Notes under the pieces: model-generated | Databases searched by the model: none | The model's input: only the letters and a program-made list of their open reading frames with translations | Told to the model about the DNA's origin: nothing | Shown: positions 9,374 through 18,601 of the stretch, one piece after another | How positions within the stretch are numbered: position 1 is the stretch's first letter | Layout of the letters: each line of letters opens with the position of its first letter | Made by a program: the position numbers and the translations under genes | Source of the DNA: an uncultured Weeksellaceae bacterium | Lineage (GTDB): Bacteria > Bacteroidota > Bacteroidia > Flavobacteriales > Weeksellaceae | Length of the DNA stretch: 36,531 nt | Direction of reading: 5' to 3' | NCBI GenBank assembly: GCA_964554275.1 | Contig: CAZKOC010000003.1 | Coordinates: 1-36,531, forward strand

Positions 9374-11179
9374 ATGAAATACTTGAAAGGATGGTTGAAA
9401 AATCAGTTCTCCAGTTTTGCTTATTTTTTCCAGTTTCTTGGATTTAGATTATTTATTATCCTGGCATTAAGCATTATGGTAGGGGTATTGGATGGATTTG
9501 GAATAGCTATGTTTCTCCCTCTGTTGCAATTAGTAGATAATTCTTCTAAAATTGAAGCGGCAAGCATGGGAAATTTAGAATTTCTGGTAGACGCAATGAA
9601 AATCGTTGGAATTAATTTTACACTGATGAGTGTATTGATGATGATGATAGTGTTCTTTACACTAAAAGGAATTTTTACTTATTATGTTTGGTCTTATAGG
9701 GTTAAATTACAGCAATATTTCATAAGAAAATTACGACTTACGTTGCTTGGTAGCTTAAATATTTTGAACTACGAAATTTTTGTACATGCAGATGTTGGTA
9801 GAATTCAAAACACTATGACCGGCGAAGTAGAAAAAGTATCACAAGGATTTATAGATTATTTTCAGGCATTACAACAAGGAGTTTTGATGATTGTGTATAC
9901 TATTTTCGCCTTTGTCGTAGATATCCAGTTTGCCCTTTTAATAAGCGTGGGAGGGGTATTAACCAATTTTATATATAAAATCCTGTATAAGCATACAAAA
10001 GGAGCTTCACGTAAATTAACAAAAGATTCGAATGAGTATCAAGGGTATGTGATACAGCATGTGGCAAATTTTAAATATTTAAGGGCTACCGGCCTGATAG
10101 AAAGCTTTAGTGATAGGATCAGAGAGTCAATATATAGAATTGAAGCAAGTAGAAAGAGAATCGGAATTTTAAGTGCTATTTCAACGGCAACGAGAGAACC
10201 CCTTTTGGTAATTGTAGTAGTAATCGTTATACTTATCCAAGTAAATGTTTTATCCGGCTCATTGGGAGGGGTGTTAATCAGCTTGTTGTTTTTTTACAGG
10301 GCCCTTAATTCGCTGACTCTTATGCAAAACTCATGGAACAGATTTTTGTCTGTTTCCGGCTCTATTGAGAATATGAAGAGTTTTCAGCAAGAGTACAGCA
10401 GCCATCAGAATAATGACACAGGAACAAATGTGTTTAATGGTTTGAAATATGGAATGAATTTTAAGAATATATCTTTTTCATATGGGGAATATGATATTCT
10501 TAAAAATATAGATTTAGAAATAAAGAAAAATATAACAGTTGCCTTTGTGGGTGAAAGTGGAGGTGGGAAAACTACATTTATTAATATTATAGCTGGTTTA
10601 TTAAGATTAAAAAACGGATCCTTTTTAGTTGACAACATTGACATCAATGAATATGACATGACAAGTTATCAAAATCGTATAGGTTATGTAACACAGGAAG
10701 CATCGATGTTTAATGACACAATTTTTAATAATGTAACTTTTTGGGCAGAGAAAAATAGCGTAAACTATAAAAAGTTTTTAAATGCTATAAAACTATCTTC
10801 TCTTTTCGATTTTATCGACTCATTACCAAATAAAGAAGATGCATTATTGGGGAATAATGGTATAAATCTAAGTGGAGGGCAAAAACAAAGATTATCAATA
10901 GCAAGGGAGTTATACAAAGATATTGATATTTTAATATTGGATGAAGCAACCTCAGCATTAGATAGTAAAACGGAGAAGTCAATTCAACAGAACATAGATA
11001 ATTTGAAAGGTAAATATACTATCCTAGTTGTTGCCCATAGATTATCAACTATAAAAGATGCGGATAAAATAATCTTTTTTAAAGAAGGAAGGATAGAGAA
11101 TATGGGAACTTATGAGGAACTCTTATCTATGTCCCCTACCTTTAAGAAAATGATCGAACTACAAGATTTGAGTAAGTAG
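9374..11179 (+). CDS. ABC transporter permease/ATPase, PglK/MsbA-like glycolipid flippase
   Basis: N-terminal TM domain, Walker A GESGGGKT, Q-loop YVTQE, LSGGQKQR, ILDEATSALD, AHRLST. ATG at 9374 preferred (TTG at 9365 possible). Confidence 0.85.
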   Translation: MKYLKGWLKNQFSSFAYFFQFLGFRLFIILALSIMVGVLDGFGIAMFLPLLQLVDNSSKIEAASMGNLEFLVDAMKIVGINFTLMSVLMMMIVFFTLKGIFTYYVWSYRVKLQQYFIRKLRLTLLGSLNILNYEIFVHADVGRIQNTMTGEVEKVSQGFIDYFQALQQGVLMIVYTIFAFVVDIQFALLISVGGVLTNFIYKILYKHTKGASRKLTKDSNEYQGYVIQHVANFKYLRATGLIESFSDRIRESIYRIEASRKRIGILSAISTATREPLLVIVVVIVILIQVNVLSGSLGGVLISLLFFYRALNSLTLMQNSWNRFLSVSGSIENMKSFQQEYSSHQNNDTGTNVFNGLKYGMNFKNISFSYGEYDILKNIDLEIKKNITVAFVGESGGGKTTFINIIAGLLRLKNGSFLVDNIDINEYDMTSYQNRIGYVTQEASMFNDTIFNNVTFWAEKNSVNYKKFLNAIKLSSLFDFIDSLPNKEDALLGNNGINLSGGQKQRLSIARELYKDIDILILDEATSALDSKTEKSIQQNIDNLKGKYTILVVAHRLSTIKDADKIIFFKEGRIENMGTYEELLSMSPTFKKMIELQDLSK

Positions 11180-11203
11180 GATATTTAATCAAGGATTTTA
11201 AGT

Positions 11204-11872
11204 ATGAAAAGTAAAATATTTAATTTATTAATTAATTCTAAACTCATTAATTTCTTTTTCAATCGGATGATAGGGCTCAACTCTTTCAAAAAAACAAATG
11301 GAAATAACCGTATCACCATAGACAGATCAATACTGAAAAAAGCTACAATAAAGATTACGGGAAATAATAATCAATATTTATCTAAAAGAAACACTCGAAT
11401 TTACAATACTAAAATATATATTAATGGAAACGATAACTGTATCATAATAAAAGACAATGTGTTTATAGATAGGATGGAAATAAGATTGTGGGGAAACGGG
11501 AACACATTAGTCATTGGAGATAATACAACGTTTAATTTGAATTGTAAGATCAAAGCATATGAAGGAACCAATATAACTATTGGCGAAGACTGTATGTTTT
11601 CATATAATGTAGATATACGGACATCAGACGGTCACCCTATCTATCAGAATGATTCCAGAATAAACCCTGCACAGGATATTATAATAGGTAACCATGTTTG
11701 GGTGGGAGCAGATGTACATATCCTGAAAGGAGCACAAATACCAAGCGGTTCAGTTGTAGGCACAAAAACACTATTCAATAAAAAAATTGAAGAAGATAAT
11801 AGCTTGCTGGGAGGAATTCCGGTTAAAATTATAAGAAATGATGTAAATTGGAAAAGGGAGTTCGAGCGTTAA
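11204..11872 (+). CDS. Left-handed beta-helix O-acyltransferase
   Basis: Hexapeptide repeats, IGEDCMFS, IRTSDGH, IGNHVWVG, GGIPVKII. Confidence 0.85.
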   Translation: MKSKIFNLLINSKLINFFFNRMIGLNSFKKTNGNNRITIDRSILKKATIKITGNNNQYLSKRNTRIYNTKIYINGNDNCIIIKDNVFIDRMEIRLWGNGNTLVIGDNTTFNLNCKIKAYEGTNITIGEDCMFSYNVDIRTSDGHPIYQNDSRINPAQDIIIGNHVWVGADVHILKGAQIPSGSVVGTKTLFNKKIEEDNSLLGGIPVKIIRNDVNWKREFER

Positions 11873-11881
11873 AATAACGAT

Positions 11882-12691
11882 ATGCGGAAGGTTATAGAAA
11901 AAATATTGTCAAGACTAAAATTGGTAGTTTCGAGACATGACACTGTCAGAACTTACACTGACGATTCATATAAAATGGTTATTTACAGCCACTTCGGGCA
12001 ACCTGTATTTAAAATCCCTTTAGAGATAACCAGAGATTTTTTTGGATTTGACTTTTGTTGTAAACCACAAGGATATCATCCATATACAGAAACGCTTTCT
12101 CATTATTTAAACAATCAAAATAATAATTCTCTCCCTCCTCTATATGACTATTATAAAAAATTCTGTCCCGAATCAACTAAAAGTATCTTTTTGGAAAAAG
12201 ACAGGATCACTGCCGGAGCAGGGCTTTTTAGGTATCGACTTCCCTGGGACTACACAGCAAAGGTTAAACCCAATGGTTCACGTTTGAATTACTGTGGCCC
12301 GGTTTCAAATAATCAAATTGAAAATGAACTAGGCAGGATATATCATGTTTTTAATTCCATTAAAACCAAAGGATATGTGCCTCAGGTTTCTTCAGATTTA
12401 TTCAACAGCAACCATATTCAAGGATATTTTTTAAAAAGAAAAGATGACTATCGCTTCATCGTATTACATGGTAAGCATAGAATATCATCTTTAGCAGCTT
12501 TAAACCATACGGAAATTCCTGTTACGTTTTGTATGAATAAACCCCGTATCATTTTTTTAGAAGACCTTTCCAATTGGCCAGGAGTAAGAAGTGGTGAATT
12601 TGACGAACAGGAAGCAGCGGAAGTATTTAATTTCTTTTTTGACTTTAATGGACTGAAGTTGGCGGAAATATATCAAATTGAAAATCAGTAA
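11882..12691 (+). CDS. Hypothetical protein with a ParB/sulfiredoxin-like domain
   Basis: In operon with a 1-nt overlap to the next gene; VFNSIKTKGY...FIVLHGKHRISSLAAL...IPV matches the ParB/Srx SI..G / GxHR pattern. Confidence 0.6.
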   Translation: MRKVIEKILSRLKLVVSRHDTVRTYTDDSYKMVIYSHFGQPVFKIPLEITRDFFGFDFCCKPQGYHPYTETLSHYLNNQNNNSLPPLYDYYKKFCPESTKSIFLEKDRITAGAGLFRYRLPWDYTAKVKPNGSRLNYCGPVSNNQIENELGRIYHVFNSIKTKGYVPQVSSDLFNSNHIQGYFLKRKDDYRFIVLHGKHRISSLAALNHTEIPVTFCMNKPRIIFLEDLSNWPGVRSGEFDEQEAAEVFNFFFDFNGLKLAEIYQIENQ

Positions 12692-13614
12692 TGTTAAATT
12701 ATATAGAAAACCCCAAAGTATCTGTAATTATTCCTGCAAAAAACAGGGAAGATACTATTTTCCGGGCAATCAATAGTGTGCTTTCTCAAGAAGGAGATTA
12801 CACCATTGAAGTTATTGTAGTAGATGATGCTTCAACAGATAATACTGTAGGAAAGATAAATCAGCTACAAAAGGAACATGAAAATATTTTTCTTATTAAA
12901 AATAGCGAATCCATGGGGGGAGCGGCAGCAAGGAATGCCGGAGCAAAAGCCTCTACCGGACAATTTATAGCTTTTCTGGATAGCGATGATGAATGGACTT
13001 CCAATCATCTGAAAAATAAATTGACATTATTAGGTAAACATGCCGTAGATGGTTGTTTTGGCTCATTCTTTATTGTAAGGGATGATCAGGTCAAAAAAAA
13101 GGAAAACCCTGATTTGGCCGGCACAACACTTCCGGATTATCTTTTTGTTAAAAAGGGAGACGCACGTACTTCCACTTTCGTATTTAAGAGGGAATCATTT
13201 CTTGATGTTCTGTTTGATGATGATTTAGCAAAGCATCAAGATTGGGATTTAGCGATCCGCTTTGACCAAAAACACCGATTTATAGTAGATACTGATGCCA
13301 CAGTTAAAATATATGTTGATGTAAAAAACCGAATGAGCAATTCGAGTAACTACAAAGCGTCAGAATATTTTATGAATAAACATCAAAAATTATTTAGCCC
13401 TCAAGCCTCATATAATTTTCAGCTCGGTATATGTTTCAATATATTTAGAAATGAAGGGTCGTCTGATAATTTTAAAGATGGTATGCGTAAGCTGGAAATT
13501 TTGCAGGAAAACAACAACTTCACACAACACTATAAATATATTTTTTTGAAGAATAGCTACTTGCGGTTCATATTAAAATTATTATTTAAAATAGATAAAA
13601 TAAGAAAAAGTTGA
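12691..13614 (+). CDS. Glycosyltransferase family 2
   Basis: VSVIIPAKNR, VIVVDDASTD, GAAARNAG, FIAFLDSDD, HQDWDL. Confidence 0.92.
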   Translation: MLNYIENPKVSVIIPAKNREDTIFRAINSVLSQEGDYTIEVIVVDDASTDNTVGKINQLQKEHENIFLIKNSESMGGAAARNAGAKASTGQFIAFLDSDDEWTSNHLKNKLTLLGKHAVDGCFGSFFIVRDDQVKKKENPDLAGTTLPDYLFVKKGDARTSTFVFKRESFLDVLFDDDLAKHQDWDLAIRFDQKHRFIVDTDATVKIYVDVKNRMSNSSNYKASEYFMNKHQKLFSPQASYNFQLGICFNIFRNEGSSDNFKDGMRKLEILQENNNFTQHYKYIFLKNSYLRFILKLLFKIDKIRKS

Positions 13615-13636
13615 ATCATAACATGCCTCAATAAAA

Positions 13637-14281
13637 TTGGAAAAAAAAATAATAGAATTGAATGGTGTGCCTGCAAGTGGTAAAAGTACCGCTGTAAAAA
13701 TGTTATTGGAACAATCAAATGGTAAAATTCAAAGCATAACCGATATTCGAAAGAAACATAATAAATTATCGGTTTTAATAAATAAAGTAAATATATTTTT
13801 ATCGACCTTAGCTTTATTCATAAAAATAAGAAATAAAAAAGCTAAAAGTAGTTATGAATTGTTTAAATTTATTTACGGGCACAAACTGACATGGACATAT
13901 GTTAATGCTTCTTCTTCTGAACATATTTTAATTGATGAGGGAGTCGCTCAAAAATCTTTAAGCATCATAATGAGGACGAATTTAGACCTGAAAGCAAATT
14001 GTTTGAAACTATATAATATCCTTAGTAAGGATAGGAGTGTAACTTCTCAGGAAGTGTTTATAACAGCCGATTTCAAAATAATAAAAGAAAGAAAGCAAAT
14101 ACGCAATGATCACCAGGACATCAATAGGTCTGACGAAATCAGTATTGAAAAGGAGAAAAATATGTTTGAAAATATAATAAATCAATTAAATGCCCAAAAA
14201 AGTATCACAGTCTTCAGGAACAATACAAAAAATGATTTAGACGAGATAGTTACAAGCATTTTAAAGATGTATAATCTTTAG
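13637..14281 (+). CDS. P-loop kinase-like protein (NMP/thymidylate-kinase-like)
   Basis: IIELNGVPASGKST Walker A, ILIDEG, lid-like ERKQIR; TTG start. Confidence 0.6.
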   Translation: MEKKIIELNGVPASGKSTAVKMLLEQSNGKIQSITDIRKKHNKLSVLINKVNIFLSTLALFIKIRNKKAKSSYELFKFIYGHKLTWTYVNASSSEHILIDEGVAQKSLSIIMRTNLDLKANCLKLYNILSKDRSVTSQEVFITADFKIIKERKQIRNDHQDINRSDEISIEKEKNMFENIINQLNAQKSITVFRNNTKNDLDEIVTSILKMYNL

Positions 14282-14296
14282 TAGAGTTACTGTATA

Positions 14297-15391
14297 ATGG
14301 CTAAATTGAAAGTAATAAATATAATAATGTCTCCGATAGGTGGTGGGGCTGAATTATTAGTAAGGGAACTAAATAAAAGATACTTGGATTACGATATTGA
14401 TGCAGTAGCTCTTTATTTTAGAAATGCGACCAGCGAGCCATTATTTGACAACGAATTTTGCTTAAATGTAAAATCTGTAAAATCACTTGACAACATTTTC
14501 AAAATCCGTAGATTTATTAAAAACCAGATCAGACAGTCGACAGAAGAAAAAGTTATTGTTCATGCCCATTTAACCTACTCGTTTTTTTTTGTCGCCCTAG
14601 CCACCTTAGGCTTAAATGTAACCTTGGTTTATACTGAACACAATTCTTTCAATAGGAGGAGAAAATATGGAATACTACGATACTTTGAAAGGTATTTTTA
14701 TAAAAGATATTGCTCTGTCATTTGTATTTCTGAAGGAGTAAGAAAAAATCTTCTTAATTGGATAGGAACAACTTTTAAAGAAAAAGTTATAACTATTAAT
14801 AACGGCGCAAGATTGTTTGAAGTTAAAAAAGACAGACGACAAATAACAGAGAATACCAAATTAAAAATAGTTTCTGTTGGATCCCTGACACGACAGAAAG
14901 GTTATGATATAGCATTTAAAGCTTTGAAAGATTTATTTCAGGCAGAAGTAGATAGCTATACAATAGTGGGGACAGGGAGCGAAAGAGAAGATTTGGAATA
15001 TTTAGCGGGCGAGTTAGGGATAAAAAACAATGTGGTGTTTGCAGGCTGGTCTGACAATATAGAAGAATACCTCAATCAGGCGGATTTGTTTCTAATATCT
15101 TCAAGATGGGAAGGTTTCGGATTGGTCGTTGTTGAGGCCTTATCAACAGGACTGCCTGTTTTAGCGAGTAATGTTGACGGTTTGAATGGGTTATTTGAAG
15201 GCACAGATTGTCCGATATTTTATTTTGAAAATGAAAATCCTTCAGATCTTATTAATCAAATAAGAAATATAAAACATTTTTTATCAAAAAACGAGAAGGT
15301 ATCAGAGATAGCACACAAATGTTCTCAAAATTATTCATTAGAGAAAATGACCATGAATTATATCGAAAATTATAAAAAAATATCAAGATAG
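14297..15391 (+). CDS. Glycosyltransferase family 4
   Basis: GGAE, VHAH, YTEH, INNG, QKGYD, SRWEGFGLVVVEA (EX7E). Confidence 0.92.
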   Translation: MAKLKVINIIMSPIGGGAELLVRELNKRYLDYDIDAVALYFRNATSEPLFDNEFCLNVKSVKSLDNIFKIRRFIKNQIRQSTEEKVIVHAHLTYSFFFVALATLGLNVTLVYTEHNSFNRRRKYGILRYFERYFYKRYCSVICISEGVRKNLLNWIGTTFKEKVITINNGARLFEVKKDRRQITENTKLKIVSVGSLTRQKGYDIAFKALKDLFQAEVDSYTIVGTGSEREDLEYLAGELGIKNNVVFAGWSDNIEEYLNQADLFLISSRWEGFGLVVVEALSTGLPVLASNVDGLNGLFEGTDCPIFYFENENPSDLINQIRNIKHFLSKNEKVSEIAHKCSQNYSLEKMTMNYIENYKKISR

Positions 15392-15399
15392 AATAAGAC

Positions 15400-16578
15400 A
15401 TGAAAATTCGCTTTAAATATCATGTATATATATCGCTAGCATGCATCGTCCTTGCAAGTTCATTGCTATTGACGGATGGTTACAGATTTTTAAACGCACC
15501 GTTGCTTGGGGCCGGCTTATTTTTCCTGATTTTAAGAGTAATTTTGATCGGGGGAATTGTTTCGGACTTAAGGTTTAAGTCACCTTCCATATTTCTTTTG
15601 ATATTTGTTATAAGCACTGCTTTTTCTTCTCTTTATAACGATAATGATTTCACAGGGTTCCTGCTTGCGACAGGATTATATGCCATTTGGATTATTTTGA
15701 GCAGATTTATGGTTAATATGGATGGCCCTACGTTATTGAAATATATGTTAAATATAACGCTAATAACCCATGTCCCATTGTTTTTCATAGGAATTATGAC
15801 GCATGGAATCAGATTATATTCATATGAGGGATTCTTCTACAACCCGAATTCAACCGGCTCCATAGCCGCTACGCTGTTTTGTGCATTATTTTCGGTTGTG
15901 TTTATAAAGATAAAAGAAAAAAAATCTTCACGTTTTTATACTTGGGGATCATATGGGTTGCTTTTAATTTTGTTTTTGTTTACAATCATTTCTTCCAGTA
16001 GGACAAGTTTTCTTACTATAATTTTCTTTTCTATTTTCTTATTTTTTTACAGTTCTCTTTTTGATAAGAAGATTAAAGTTAAAGCAAAATCATTTGCCTC
16101 CTCAATTTTCGGTTTTTTAATGTTGTCATTAGTCTTGATAGTTATATATGTTTATACTCCTGTTGGAAGTATAGTAGATGATGCTATTATTGCTAAATTC
16201 GAGGCAAAGGAGGAAAGTGAAGATTTGACCTCTGGTAGAGATTATATATGGAGGACAACAATAAACGATGCCAGGCTTTTGGGACACGGCCGGGGATACT
16301 TTAGTAAAACGTTTGATATTGCGGGTCATAATACCTTTATTAGCATGTTGGGACAAAATGGTATTATTGCTTCCCTCTCTTATTTATTGTTTTGGTTATC
16401 AATTCTTAGAGCGTCTTTTATTTACTTACGTTCTAATATGGGTACATACAGGTATCTTCCTTTTGCCGTTGTTTTAGCGTTCATTATTTTATCTATGGCA
16501 GAGGGGATGAACGGAAAACTAAGTATGTTCTTATCTTTTATAGCGTTTTCCGCAATCAATTTAAAAAGATATAAATAA
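15400..16578 (+). CDS. Wzy polymerase / O-antigen ligase-family membrane protein
   Basis: About 10-11 hydrophobic segments, GFFYNPN, SSRTS, LTSGRDYIW, LLGHG, GHNTF (Wzy_C/O-antigen ligase signatures). Confidence 0.8.
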   Translation: MKIRFKYHVYISLACIVLASSLLLTDGYRFLNAPLLGAGLFFLILRVILIGGIVSDLRFKSPSIFLLIFVISTAFSSLYNDNDFTGFLLATGLYAIWIILSRFMVNMDGPTLLKYMLNITLITHVPLFFIGIMTHGIRLYSYEGFFYNPNSTGSIAATLFCALFSVVFIKIKEKKSSRFYTWGSYGLLLILFLFTIISSSRTSFLTIIFFSIFLFFYSSLFDKKIKVKAKSFASSIFGFLMLSLVLIVIYVYTPVGSIVDDAIIAKFEAKEESEDLTSGRDYIWRTTINDARLLGHGRGYFSKTFDIAGHNTFISMLGQNGIIASLSYLLFWLSILRASFIYLRSNMGTYRYLPFAVVLAFIILSMAEGMNGKLSMFLSFIAFSAINLKRYK

Positions 16579-16590
16579 GAATTTAAAAGA

Positions 16591-16620
16591 GGTTTATTTA
16601 TCAAGGATAATAAATAAACC
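16591..16620. terminator. Intergenic AT-rich hairpin
   Basis: GGTTTATTTAT-CAAGGATA-ATAAATAAACC, perfect 11-bp stem; U-rich tail only on the minus strand. Confidence 0.4.
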
Positions 16621-16689
16621 AAAATTCATAGTGTTCCTTTTGTATTGTAGATTAATCAAAAAATTTAAACTAATTAAAGTAAATCAAAA

Positions 16690-17814
16690 ATGTCAGGAAA
16701 GAAAAAAAAGATTTTGATATGTAGCAGTTCATACAGGTCTTTAGTAAATTTCAGAGGTAAATTAATAACCGAGTTGATCTCAGAAGGTTATGCTGTATAT
16801 GCTTCAACACCTCAGATAGAAGAGAACAAGTATAGAGAGATGTTAGAAAGGCTGGGTGTCGTTATTATTGAGAATAGACTTCAGGGAAATAAAATATCGA
16901 TTATCAATGATTTTTTATACTTTATTCATTTGATAAAAATTATTCTGACAATAAAACCCGATTTGTTTTTCTCTTACACTTATAAACCAATCATATATGG
17001 GAGTATTGCCGCCAAGCTTCTTAGGGTAAACTCAATCAGTTGTATGATTACCGGATTAGGGCACAATTTTACTTCGCAAGGTGTATTGTCCCAATTTACT
17101 TTGCTCTTGCTCAAGAAAGCTCTTTCGTGTAATAATAATATAATTTTACAGAATGAAGATGATTATTCTGATCTGATAAAAGAAAAAATACTAAATCCCC
17201 AACAAAACATTTTTATTGTAAATGGCTCTGGAGTGGATTTGATTTATTTTTACCAGACCCCTCCTCCTGAGAAAATTACTTTTCTATTGATGAGTAGATT
17301 ATTAAAGGCTAAGGGTATTTCTGAATATTATTTGGCAGCTGAAAGAATTAAGAAAAAATACCCGAACGTTGATTTCATATTATTAGGAGAATATGAAAAA
17401 GGAACCGTAGTCAGCATAGAAGATTCTTTGCATGATAAGATAATAAAAAAAGACGTCATACATTATAAAGGAAGAGTAGAAGATGTAAGGGGTGAAATCA
17501 TAAATAGCTCTGTAGTTGTGTTGCCTTCTTATTACAGAGAAGGAGTGCCTAGATCATTATTAGAAGCGATGTCAATGGGTAGAGCCATAATTACAACCAA
17601 TGCTGCCGGGTGCAGGGAAACTATAAACCCTCAAAATCCTAACGGATTTTTAATTCCCATAAAAAATATTGATGAGTTGTATGATAAAATGGAGCATTTT
17701 ATTTTAAATCCAAAAGACATTCCTATCTTTGGTGACAATAGCAGAAAATTTGCGGAAGAAAAATATGATGTCAACCTTGTAAATAAGGTAATGATAGAAA
17801 TTTTAACAAGCTAA
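16690..17814 (+). CDS. Glycosyltransferase family 4, PglA/CapM-like
   Basis: SLVNFRG, YTYKPIIYG, ITGLG, QNEDD, NGSGVDL, RLLKAKGI, PSYYREGVPRSLLEA. Confidence 0.9.
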   Translation: MSGKKKKILICSSSYRSLVNFRGKLITELISEGYAVYASTPQIEENKYREMLERLGVVIIENRLQGNKISIINDFLYFIHLIKIILTIKPDLFFSYTYKPIIYGSIAAKLLRVNSISCMITGLGHNFTSQGVLSQFTLLLLKKALSCNNNIILQNEDDYSDLIKEKILNPQQNIFIVNGSGVDLIYFYQTPPPEKITFLLMSRLLKAKGISEYYLAAERIKKKYPNVDFILLGEYEKGTVVSIEDSLHDKIIKKDVIHYKGRVEDVRGEIINSSVVVLPSYYREGVPRSLLEAMSMGRAIITTNAAGCRETINPQNPNGFLIPIKNIDELYDKMEHFILNPKDIPIFGDNSRKFAEEKYDVNLVNKVMIEILTS

Positions 17815-17819
17815 CAAAT

Positions 17820-18578
17820 ATGAAAACACAAAAAGATTACAATTGGATAATTAGAGAAAGTAATATTCCTTTTTTAAAATTGGATATGGAAGTTCCGGTA
17901 GAAAAAATATTACAGGAAATATTAAAAGTAAAAGAAAGTGCTACGGGTCAGTCCGGGAACGCTGCATGGAAGGGTGCGGTACTTCACGGTTTATCAACCG
18001 ATAAACCCAGACCGGCCAAATTTTATGGATATTCTAATGAAGATGAAGCCCCTTATGTTTGGACTGATGTTGTTGAAAAAACACCTTTTACAAAAAAATG
18101 GATTGAAGATACCTTACCTTACTCGAGACTATACAGAGTAAAAATGAACCTATTGGAACCGGGAGGAGAAATAGGTCCGCATGTGGACTCCAAAAAAAGC
18201 ATATTGGGAGTATCTGATCTCACTTCGCCCGAACACGTAACTTATGTGACTTTTGCAATAGAATGGCCAAAAGAGGTAATTTTCAATGTTGGAAACTACA
18301 GAATGCCAATCCAAACAGGAGATGTCTATCTAGTAAATTTTTCAAATTTACATGAAGTTTATAACAAAACCGATAAAGATAGATACTCAATTATAGTTAT
18401 GGCTAAATTTGATGATAGTGAAGAATGGAGAAAACTTGTAGAGAAGTCATATTTGAAGTATGGAGATGAGTATTTGAACAATAAAAGCAGCATCTCATTT
18501 TTATTAAAAAGCAAATTTTATTATAGACCTAAATATCTGTTAAATAGAATTTTGTTTAAAGTAAGTAAAGTTGATTAA
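17820..18578 (+). CDS. 2OG-Fe(II) dioxygenase, aspartyl/asparaginyl beta-hydroxylase-like
   Basis: RVKMNLLEPGGEIGPHVD (HxD), distal LHEVYN, R in KDRYSII; no TM helix. Confidence 0.7.
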   Translation: MKTQKDYNWIIRESNIPFLKLDMEVPVEKILQEILKVKESATGQSGNAAWKGAVLHGLSTDKPRPAKFYGYSNEDEAPYVWTDVVEKTPFTKKWIEDTLPYSRLYRVKMNLLEPGGEIGPHVDSKKSILGVSDLTSPEHVTYVTFAIEWPKEVIFNVGNYRMPIQTGDVYLVNFSNLHEVYNKTDKDRYSIIVMAKFDDSEEWRKLVEKSYLKYGDEYLNNKSSISFLLKSKFYYRPKYLLNRILFKVSKVD

Positions 18579-18601
18579 CCTTTCGTTTTTAGATTCATAA
18601 T

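Noticed and set aside
11882..14281. ParA/ParB partition or defence system (ParB-like protein plus P-loop protein)
   Set aside because: The P-loop lacks the deviant KGGxGK Walker A, the ParB-like protein has no evident HTH, and both are interleaved with glycosyltransferases.
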